Assembly: GCA_030649735.1 (NCBI GenBank)
Contig: JAUSFL010000042.1
Span: forward strand, 1-37,577
Length of the DNA stretch: 37,577 bases
Origin: Candidatus Iainarchaeum sp.
GTDB lineage: Archaea > Iainarchaeota > Iainarchaeia > Iainarchaeales > UBA10191
Reading direction: 5' to 3'
In this document: one piece after another, positions 1 to 6,973 of the stretch
Numbering within the stretch: the first letter of the stretch is position 1
How the letters are laid out: each line of letters begins with the position of its first letter
Made by a program: the position numbers and the translations under genes
The notes under the pieces: generated by a model
What the model saw: the letters and a program-made list of their open reading frames with translations, nothing else
The model's database searches: none
What the model was told of the DNA's origin: nothing

Positions 1-2
1 AA

Positions 3-203
3 AGAATGGAAGCTGGCGGAGACAGCACTTTCCAAAGCCCTTTTGACGCGGCAAAAGCACTCAAGACGCTAGTGCAGTACTACTCAATCAAAGAAGCAAG
101 GAAAAAAGCCGCAGAAAAACCAGTTGCTGAAAAAGCAGCAAAGCCAAAAGTGGAAAAAACCTTACCCAAGAAAAAAACAAAGCCAGCAAAAAAGAAAAGA
201 TGA
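3..203 (+). CDS. 3' end of a gene truncated by the window edge; possibly ADP-forming acyl-CoA synthetase alpha subunit C-terminus plus a Lys/Ala-rich tail
   Basis: Frame is open to the window start. TFQSPFDAAKALKTLVQY resembles the '(Y/F)xxPExAxxAL' end of ACD alpha subunits and is followed by a low-complexity KAAKPK tail. Product call is weak. Confidence 0.35.
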   Translation, partial: RMEAGGDSTFQSPFDAAKALKTLVQYYSIKEARKKAAEKPVAEKAAKPKVEKTLPKKKTKPAKKKR

Positions 204-208
204 AATGA

Positions 209-433
209 ATGATCACAGTTAAAAAGGCAGTGGAAGTTGAATGCATTTATTGCAAAAGCAAAAATGACAGCTGGCCAATTGTTGACGGCAACGGAGAATT
301 CTTATCAGAAGTAACTGTAGAATGCAAAAATTGCAAAAAGAAATTCAAGCACAAAGTCACAGAAGAAGATAAAAAAATAATTAAGCAACGCTGGGAAGAA
401 ACCAGCAATAAGCCATGGGCTAAAATAGCCTAA
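209..433 (+). CDS. Small zinc-ribbon protein (74 aa)
   Basis: Two CxxC pairs (CIYC, CKNC). Starts 5 nt after the upstream stop. Confidence 0.7.
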   Translation: MITVKKAVEVECIYCKSKNDSWPIVDGNGEFLSEVTVECKNCKKKFKHKVTEEDKKIIKQRWEETSNKPWAKIA

Positions 434-1668
434 TTCTTTCTCGCAGCCTTCAAAATCTGCTCTACGTCTTCAGTCTTTCCCTCGCTTAAAAGCTCAAAAA
501 TTCTTTTCACGTCAAACGCATTGCCAAAGGAAGTTTCAAGCAATTTCTTTTCAAGCATATCCAATCCCATTGCAGAAACGCTTTTCTTTTCAAGCTGCAA
601 GGCACGCAGTTCAGAAATTGTCTTCTTGAAATCTGCAGAGTCAAAATTCTTGTCCAAGGAAAGCAGTGCTTTTTCAGAAAACTTTTTTTCAATGCCTGAA
701 AAATTCACGTCGCTTTGCGCAAATCCTTTCTCCAAAGAGCCAATGCATTTTACGCGAATCAAAGGCTCTAGCTTTCCAGTGTTTTGCTTCAAAAAGCCTT
801 CAATTTCCTGCTCTACATCAGCAAGAACTTTTTGCGGCCTTGCATCCTCAAACTTCAATTTTGCATGGAATGCCTTGCGCTGTTCTGGAATCTCCTTAAA
901 CTCTAAATCCATGGTTTTAGAGTCCAAGATAAAAACTCCTTTTGGCTTCAGGCATTCGGAGCTTTTGATTTGGGTTGTGATAGTGCTTCCAGGCAGAAGA
1001 AATATTGTAGTGCCCAATTGCTTTTGCAGGCTCCAGTGCAAATGCCCATTAATCACCAAGTCAAATCCTTTAGGCAAGTCTTCCAAAGCCAAAGTGGCAG
1101 TCATTTCATCATCAAAAGGCAAAAAGTCAGTGAAAGACTGATGCAGTACCAAAACATTCAAAGCATTCTTTTCAGGAATTGGCTTCCACGCATTCAATGC
1201 ATCCCTCGCGTATTTTTCAGGCACTCCGCCAATCCCAAAAACAGCCACTTTATCACCGACTTTTTCCACAACTGACTTTGCAGCATGCACGTGCAGCAAA
1301 GAGCCGGCCTTTTGCAAAACATCAAGCGCGTTCTTTCTTGACTTGCTCAAGTGCTCGTGAGTTCCATGAATTGCAATTATTGGAATTCCAGAAAAGTCAA
1401 AAGCAGACTTGCTTTCTTTCTTTTCCAAAGAAACACTTACGCCGGATTTTGCGGCAGAATTTGCAATCTCCAAAAGCTCAAACGCGTCATGCCATGACTC
1501 TTGCGTTGGAATGCCGTCATCAAAAAAATCCCCGGCCATTATAATGCAGTCGACGCGCTCGTTCACTAAAATTTGCAAGGCTTGCTTTGCCTGCATTAAA
1601 GCATCGCCAGAACGCTTGCCGCCTGCAGAAAAGCCCAAGTGAGTGTCTGAAAAAATTCCGACCTTCAA
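430..1668 (-). CDS. mre11: Mre11/SbcD-family DNA double-strand break repair nuclease
   Basis: Metallophosphoesterase motifs SDTHLG, AGDFFD, IHGTHE, LHQ, NGHLH and PGS. TTG start overlaps the upstream stop (TTGA). Confidence 0.9.
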   Translation of the reverse strand: MKVGIFSDTHLGFSAGGKRSGDALMQAKQALQILVNERVDCIIMAGDFFDDGIPTQESWHDAFELLEIANSAAKSGVSVSLEKKESKSAFDFSGIPIIAIHGTHEHLSKSRKNALDVLQKAGSLLHVHAAKSVVEKVGDKVAVFGIGGVPEKYARDALNAWKPIPEKNALNVLVLHQSFTDFLPFDDEMTATLALEDLPKGFDLVINGHLHWSLQKQLGTTIFLLPGSTITTQIKSSECLKPKGVFILDSKTMDLEFKEIPEQRKAFHAKLKFEDARPQKVLADVEQEIEGFLKQNTGKLEPLIRVKCIGSLEKGFAQSDVNFSGIEKKFSEKALLSLDKNFDSADFKKTISELRALQLEKKSVSAMGLDMLEKKLLETSFGNAFDVKRIFELLSEGKTEDVEQILKAARKN

Positions 1669-2531
1669 TCCACAGCACCCTTCAATAATTCTTTAGGGAA
1701 CAAAAGCAAAGGCCGCAAAACCAAAAACTTTCTTTCAGAATCGAACTTTTCAAAGCCGGCAATTGATTTTTCGTCAATTTTTGAGTCTGAAGTCGCAAAG
1801 CAAACGCACTCTTTCAAAACCGCCTCTTGCTCGCTTTTCACTACTTCCAAATCATTGAAAGAATTCCAAGCATTGAGTTTTTTCGCGAGCTTTTCGCTCT
1901 TTCCAACCAGGACAATCTCGCACCCGCGCTTCATCAAAAGCCAGCAGGCATTAAAGTCGCAAGAAAGCTTTTTGCCAGGAAAAAAGGCGGTTTTTCCAGA
2001 AACCCCGACAGGCAAGCCGCCTTCGCAAAGCCTTTGGCCGGCATAAACATAAAATGAATTCTCAAAAATCTCAAAGACAATTTTCACGTCAGGCTTTGAA
2101 AGATTCACTTTCAAGCCATTCACTGCATTCAAGACAGAGTCTCCGCCTTGCACTTCAACAGCGTGAGAATTGAATTGTTTCTTTGCGCCAATTTTAGCGC
2201 GGACAGCAAAGCTTTGGCCTTTCTTCAAATGCTTTTTCGCAAAACTCGCTGCTTCCTGCCCTATTGCAGGCAATTCTGCGGGCGAATGCTTTTCAGCAAT
2301 TGCAAGCGCGTGAATTCCAAAAACCTTGCGCAAAACCTTCAAGCACTTTTCAGGATTTTCAGTCTTGAAGAAAATCCTGCCGCCTTTCCTGTCCAAATCC
2401 CAAGCCTTCAAATTGTTTGCTGACAATGAATTCTTGATGTTCCACTCCAGCCTTTTCATGAACATTGAGCGCACAAAACCGCTTTTCAGGCTGATTTCCG
2501 GCGCTGTCTTCACAACAATCCAGGATTCCAT
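1665..2531 (-). CDS. thiI: THUMP-domain ThiI-like tRNA-modification protein with degenerate PP-loop
   Basis: PEISLKS N-terminal motif, VFGI, SFAVRA, VNLSKPD, GGLPVG and WLLMKRG are ThiI hallmarks. Start reassigned to ATG 2531 (MESWIVVK). Confidence 0.75.
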   Translation of the reverse strand: MESWIVVKTAPEISLKSGFVRSMFMKRLEWNIKNSLSANNLKAWDLDRKGGRIFFKTENPEKCLKVLRKVFGIHALAIAEKHSPAELPAIGQEAASFAKKHLKKGQSFAVRAKIGAKKQFNSHAVEVQGGDSVLNAVNGLKVNLSKPDVKIVFEIFENSFYVYAGQRLCEGGLPVGVSGKTAFFPGKKLSCDFNACWLLMKRGCEIVLVGKSEKLAKKLNAWNSFNDLEVVKSEQEAVLKECVCFATSDSKIDEKSIAGFEKFDSERKFLVLRPLLLFPKELLKGAVD

Positions 2532-2676
2532 AATACTTATTAATTTAAAGCAAAGCCAATAAAAAACAATAAAACAATCAAAAAAAGGCGGTTTTTTCAC
2601 GGGTTTTTGGAAAAAAATAAGGTCAGACCTTAAGGCATTCAAGGCAGACCCAGCGGCAAAAAGCACTCTTGAAATA

Positions 2677-3168
2677 ATGCTTTGCTACAACACTTTTCAC
2701 GCAATACTACTGCACCGCATGACATACCCGTTATACAAGGCGAAGATTCCAATAATTCCAAGATTCATTTCAAACACCAACAGGTTCTTGACCGGAATTG
2801 AAATACACCCGGGCGCTGAAATCGGCGAAGGGTTTTTCATAGACCACGGCACTGCAACAGTGATTGGCGAAACAGCAAAAATCGGGAAAAACTGCACTTT
2901 ATTCCACAACGTAACGCTTGGAGGCACTGGAAAGCATTCGGGAAAAAGGCATCCCACGCTAGGCAATAACGTGCTAATTGGAACAGGAGCAACTCTCCTA
3001 GGCCCAATAACAATCGGCGACAACGTGAAAATCGGGGCTGAAACTTTCATAATAATGCAGGACGTTCCATCAAACTGCACTGTAGTTGGAATTCCCGCAA
3101 GAATAGTAAAGCAGGATGGAAAGAAAGTCAACAAAAAACTTGCAAGAACAAAGCCCAAAAAGCCATAA
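2677..3168 (+). CDS. cysE: Serine O-acetyltransferase (true start probably upstream; see findings)
   Basis: TGIEIHPGAxIG, FFIDHG, VTLGGTG, RHPTLG and VVGIPAR hexapeptide-repeat motifs. Confidence 0.92.
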   Translation: MLCYNTFHAILLHRMTYPLYKAKIPIIPRFISNTNRFLTGIEIHPGAEIGEGFFIDHGTATVIGETAKIGKNCTLFHNVTLGGTGKHSGKRHPTLGNNVLIGTGATLLGPITIGDNVKIGAETFIIMQDVPSNCTVVGIPARIVKQDGKKVNKKLARTKPKKP

Positions 3169-3219
3169 GGGTTTAAAACAAAACGCGGGCTAAAAATATG
3201 TGCCGACTAACAAAACGCC

Positions 3220-3291
3220 GCGGGGGTGGCAGAGCGGTTATGCATCAGCCTGCAGAGCTGAAGATCGCGAGTTCAAATCTCGCCCCCCGCT
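3220..3291 (+). tRNA. tRNA-Cys(GCA), no intron, CCA not encoded
   Basis: Acceptor stem GCGGGGG/CCCCCGC, anticodon arm TCAGC-CTGCAGA-GCTGA, T arm GCGAG-TTCAAAT-CTCGC, U discriminator, followed by a T-run. Confidence 0.97.
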
Positions 3292-3333
3292 TTTTGCCGA
3301 TTGATTTAAATAGGAAAAAATAGTCTTTTATTT

Positions 3334-3894
3334 ATGAAAAAGGAATTCCTGGTTTTGATTTGCATTGTTGCAGTGCTGGCTTTGGCTGGCTGTACAGCAA
3401 AAGGCCCTGACGCGAATGTTCCGGCAAATGTTCCGGACAATAATTCAACAAACAACCAGCCTCCAATGCCGCCGCCAATTCCAGAAGCCCTGCCTGAAGT
3501 AAATGATTTAGAGCAGGCATGCAGTGTTTTTTCTAATGCCGAATTGACGCAAAGCCTGAATGCTGAAGTCACTGAAGACTTGCCTGCGGCAGTCAATTCA
3601 GCGTCAAAATGCTCCAGGACTTGGGTTGGATTAAGGAGCGGGGTTCCTGCAGCGACTGTTGCATTGACAATCATTGACTCCCAAAAGGACAGTTCTTTCA
3701 CTGCAGGCATTGCCGACTTTTTGAACAAGGCTTGCGCGCAAAACAAAATCAGCCTTGGAGATTACACTGCATGCAGGTACACGAACAATGTCAGGTTTGG
3801 CAAGGGAAGGTATTATGTGAGCATTGCCTGCCTTGGCTGCCCTTCAGACAAAGACCTGGAATTGGCATCTTTGATTAATCAAAGAATCAAATGA
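3334..3894 (+). CDS. Predicted lipoprotein with Pro/Asn linker and Cys-rich extracellular domain
   Basis: MKK plus hydrophobic stretch plus lipobox LAGC. PDNNSTNNQPPMPPP linker and six further Cys. Confidence 0.8.
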   Translation: MKKEFLVLICIVAVLALAGCTAKGPDANVPANVPDNNSTNNQPPMPPPIPEALPEVNDLEQACSVFSNAELTQSLNAEVTEDLPAAVNSASKCSRTWVGLRSGVPAATVALTIIDSQKDSSFTAGIADFLNKACAQNKISLGDYTACRYTNNVRFGKGRYYVSIACLGCPSDKDLELASLINQRIK

Positions 3895-3900
3895 TTCTCT

Positions 3901-4029
3901 TCAAGAAAAGCATTTTTTTGAAAACTTTGCAAGGTAGATTTTTTGCAGGTCTTCTGAAGAACTGTCTTGCGAAGCAAATTCCAAAAGGCTTAATTCATTG
4001 CAATCCAGCCTGCTTATTTTGCCTGTCAT
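3901..4029 (-). CDS. Small protein B (42 aa), paralog of 4076..4198
   Basis: MTGKISRLDCNELSLLEFASQDSSSEDLQKIYLAKFSKKCFS. SD GGAGGG at 4036-4041. Ungapped similarity to the upstream peptide. Confidence 0.8.
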   Translation of the reverse strand: MTGKISRLDCNELSLLEFASQDSSSEDLQKIYLAKFSKKCFS

Positions 4030-4075
4030 TTCAATCCCTCCATAATTTTTTTTTAGTGAAAAAGGAAAGAAACCG

Positions 4076-4198
4076 CTAACAGTTTCTTTCAAATTTTGAC
4101 GCGTAAATTCTTGAAAGAACCCGCTCGTCATCAGTCCTGATCTTGCCTTCGGCAAAGTCTAGCTCTCTGCACGTCATTTCTTCAATTCTCTTTCTCAA
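4076..4198 (-). CDS. Small protein A (40 aa), paralog of 3901..4029; absent from the ORF track
   Basis: TTG start, MRKRIEEMTCRELDFAEGKIRTDDERVLSRIYASKFERNC, TAG stop. SD GAGGTG at 4205-4210. Confidence 0.8.
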   Translation of the reverse strand: MRKRIEEMTCRELDFAEGKIRTDDERVLSRIYASKFERNC

Positions 4199-4307
4199 GA
4201 AAACCACCTCTCTCTTCACTAAAGAATGCCGGCTGTTTTAAAGCAGTTTTTGGTGCTTTCATGGTTTTCAGAAAAGCAATTTAAATGCTTGCGGGCTTAT
4301 TTATTTC

Positions 4308-4631
4308 ATGCCAGGATTTTTCAAGCGAGTTTTGGGAAAGCTTTCGAGAAAGCCAAAATTGGAAAAAACTCCAGCCAGGCCTGCAGAAAAGCCAAAAACC
4401 ATGGAAGGCCTTGTTGCAGCAAACTGGAAAAGCCATTTTGGCTATCACACGCTGAATGCTGGAAAAGTAAGCCAGGTTGCAAGGGCATTGGAAGCCTATA
4501 AGGATAGAAGATTAAAGCCTGGAAAGAATGGAATTTTGATTCCTGAAGGCTTTGATTCCAAGCAATTGCAAGTTTTCAATTCCTTGAAATACCATGTCCA
4601 AAGCCCGCAGCAAAGGCTTGGCAAGCTCTGA
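4308..4631 (+). CDS. Hypothetical basic protein (107 aa)
   Basis: ATG about 20 nt after a TTTAAAT TATA-like box. Codon usage like its neighbours. No recognisable domain. Confidence 0.65.
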   Translation: MPGFFKRVLGKLSRKPKLEKTPARPAEKPKTMEGLVAANWKSHFGYHTLNAGKVSQVARALEAYKDRRLKPGKNGILIPEGFDSKQLQVFNSLKYHVQSPQQRLGKL

Positions 4632-4746
4632 AAATGCAGAGGGTTTAAAAGCTTTTTTTTGGAAAAGTAATGTATTGACGGTTAAAACAGCTATTTTTTA
4701 GCGATTTAACAACCACTATAAATGAATTTTTGAAGGGTGTTTTTTA

Positions 4747-5442
4747 ATGCCATTAAGGCCAGCAAAGTGTTATCGTTCGACAAAGAAAAAGCCATCATAC
4801 ACTCGCTCTGCAGTTAAAGTGCACAAGCGAAATTACATTGGAGCCACTCCTGGCCTGAAAATCAGGCAGTTTAACATGGGGAATCCTTTGAAGAACTTTC
4901 CATTCATTCTTGACTTGATTTGCGACGAGAAAATCCAAATTCGGGACAATGCTTTTGAGGCAATCAGGACCACAATTAACAGGAACTTGAACAAAAAGCT
5001 CGGAAAAGACGGCTATTTCATGAAACTCCGCATTTACCCTTTCCAGATTTTGCGCGAAAACAAGCAAGCGCAAGGGGCCGGGGCAGATCGTGTAACCAAG
5101 GGAATGGCGCATCCTTTCGGAAAGCCAATTGGAAGGGCGGCAAGAATCAAGAAAGGCCAGGTTTTAATCAGCATATTACTTGACAAAGAAAACATTGACT
5201 TTGGAAGAAAGACTTTAATGAGAGTCAAGTCAAAATTGCCTTGCAAAATAAGCGTTAAAGTTCACACTGACGTTAACAGCCTTGGAACAAAGCCTCGGAA
5301 GACAAAGGAAGAAAAAGTCGAGGAAAAAGTGGACGCAACAGCTGCGGCAGGAACTGCCACTACTCCAGCGGCTGACGGAAAAGAAGCGGCAGCGCCGGCA
5401 ACTGGCAAAACATCAGGCAAAAAAGAAGAGAAAAAGAAGTAA
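4747..5442 (+). CDS. rpl10e: 50S ribosomal protein uL16 (L10e) with C-terminal low-complexity extension
   Basis: LRPAKCYR, QIRDNAFEA, LRIYPFQILREN, GAGADR and PFGKPIGRAARI motifs. Confidence 0.95.
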   Translation: MPLRPAKCYRSTKKKPSYTRSAVKVHKRNYIGATPGLKIRQFNMGNPLKNFPFILDLICDEKIQIRDNAFEAIRTTINRNLNKKLGKDGYFMKLRIYPFQILRENKQAQGAGADRVTKGMAHPFGKPIGRAARIKKGQVLISILLDKENIDFGRKTLMRVKSKLPCKISVKVHTDVNSLGTKPRKTKEEKVEEKVDATAAAGTATTPAADGKEAAAPATGKTSGKKEEKKK

Positions 5443-5469
5443 TTTCTCTACGCTATTTTTTCTTTTCAA

Positions 5470-5490
5470 GGGAATTTTATTCCCATTTTT
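5470..5490 (+). terminator. Possible terminator after rpl10e
   Basis: GGGAAT-TTT-ATTCCC hairpin followed by ATTTTT and preceded by T-rich tracts. Confidence 0.35.
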
Positions 5491-5519
5491 AACCTTTTTC
5501 TGCCTGAATTCTCTCAATT

Positions 5520-6734
5520 ATGCAAGAATTATTGTTTGTGTTCGGAAGAAACAAGGAATTGTCACTGCTTGAGGCAGTGAGTTATTTCCGCGCAAATGGC
5601 TTTGAGTTTCAAATTCAATTCCTGTCAAAAGACTCTGTAATTTTCCAACTGCCTGACAGTTTCAAGTCCAGTGAAAGAATCAAGGATTTTGGCGGCATTG
5701 TAAAGATTGGGAAAGTAATGATTCATGCAGGCGGAGAAGGCTTTGATGACTTGAAGGAAAAGCTTGAAGCAATAGATTTTACAGAAAGGCTTGGAAAAAA
5801 ATTCTTTTACAGCATTCAAGACTATGGCGAAACACAGGGCAATAACGAGCTTTGCTCTTTCATTGGCGAATACTTCAAGCAAAAATTCAAGGGCCAAAGG
5901 CTAAAGGCAATGTTCAAGCAGCCAAAGCAAGTCAAGGGCGAGAAAAAAAACACTATTTCCCCAAAGCTTTTGGCAAAAAGGCTTGCGACAGAGCATTTGG
6001 ACTTGTTCTTCATTGATGTTGGCGAAAAAATACTGCTTGGAGAGACTGTTGCCTCAAGCAATCCATTGGATTTTGCAGAACGCGACACCCAAAGGCCAGT
6101 AGTCAAGGCAGAGCTTGTGACTTCAGTGAGGCTTGCGCGCATTCTAGTAAACCTTGCAGGCGCTGAGAAAGGAAAGACAATTTTGGACCCTTTTTGCGGG
6201 ATTGGAAGCATAATGCAGGAAATATTGCTTTCACGGCATAATGCAATTGGAGTTGACGCAAGCGCGGAAAACGCAAGTGCTTGCGAACAAAACCTAGAAT
6301 GGACCAAGAAAAAATACCACGTTCAAAGGGAATTCAGTGTCTTCAATAATGATTCACGAAGGCTTTCAAGCTTTTTGAAGCAAGGAAGCTTTCAGGCAGT
6401 TGTTTCAGAGCCATACCTCGGGCCTTACTTAAGAAAGCTGCCTTCACAGCCAACCGCGGAAAGGACAGCAAGAGAGCTTGAAAGCCTTTACGCCGGAGTT
6501 TTCAAGGAATTAAGCAAGCTATTATCCAAAGGCGGAAAAGTCGTTTTCATAATGCCTGTCTTTCCGACAATCCAGAACAAGAAGGTTAAAATACCAGAAA
6601 CAGTCTTTTTGAATAATGGATTCAAGAAAGCGAATCCATTGCTGAAAGAACTGCCTGACGCATTGCCTTTTGTTTACAAGGATGCTGAAAGCAGGATTGA
6701 AAGACTGATTTACGTTCTGGAGAAAACATTATGA
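5520..6734 (+). CDS. Trm11/TrmG10-like tRNA (guanine-N2) methyltransferase
   Basis: LARILVNLA, SAM motif ILDPFCGIGS, motif IV-like SEPYLG, N-terminal 'ELSLLEAVS' segment typical of the family. Confidence 0.8.
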   Translation: MQELLFVFGRNKELSLLEAVSYFRANGFEFQIQFLSKDSVIFQLPDSFKSSERIKDFGGIVKIGKVMIHAGGEGFDDLKEKLEAIDFTERLGKKFFYSIQDYGETQGNNELCSFIGEYFKQKFKGQRLKAMFKQPKQVKGEKKNTISPKLLAKRLATEHLDLFFIDVGEKILLGETVASSNPLDFAERDTQRPVVKAELVTSVRLARILVNLAGAEKGKTILDPFCGIGSIMQEILLSRHNAIGVDASAENASACEQNLEWTKKKYHVQREFSVFNNDSRRLSSFLKQGSFQAVVSEPYLGPYLRKLPSQPTAERTARELESLYAGVFKELSKLLSKGGKVVFIMPVFPTIQNKKVKIPETVFLNNGFKKANPLLKELPDALPFVYKDAESRIERLIYVLEKTL

Positions 6735-6910
6735 AATTAAGCATTTCAACAATAGGCCTTGTTCTGGAAGTAATCGCGCTCGCGATAATTTTTATTGCAA
6801 TCCTTGGGGGAGTCTTCAATGTAATAATCCTCCTAATAGTTATTCTTGCAATAATCAATTATGGGATTGCAATATACCATTTGAAAAGCGAAAAGCCGCA
6901 AGTAACATGA
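6731..6910 (+). CDS. Small two-TM membrane protein (59 aa), absent from the ORF track
   Basis: ATGA overlap with the upstream stop. MKLSISTIGLVLEVIALAIIFIAILGGVFNVIILLIVILAIINYGIAIYHLKSEKPQVT. Confidence 0.75.
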   Translation: MKLSISTIGLVLEVIALAIIFIAILGGVFNVIILLIVILAIINYGIAIYHLKSEKPQVT

Positions 6911-6973
6911 AGCAAGAGCCAAAAAAAAGCAAGCTTAATAAATTCCAAATTCCTAATTTGAGAACTGGTCAAA

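Noticed and set aside
3901-4155. 84-aa minus-strand ORF from the track
   Set aside because: Its 5' half overlaps micro-protein A in another frame. The SD and paralogy support the ATG at 4029 instead.
4226-4501. 91-aa plus-strand ORF overlapping 4308..4631
   Set aside because: It spans the AT-rich promoter region, and the alternative frame has a better-placed TATA box and more typical composition.
3220-4631. Possible integrated element at tRNA-Cys
   Set aside because: Orphan genes follow the tRNA, but I found no integrase and no duplicated tRNA 3' end (att site) in the window.
5290-5442. Ala/Thr/Lys/Glu-rich tail of uL16 as a separate domain or frameshift product
   Set aside because: Continuous frame and low complexity. 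Such tails are common on ribosomal proteins and carry no specific signal here.
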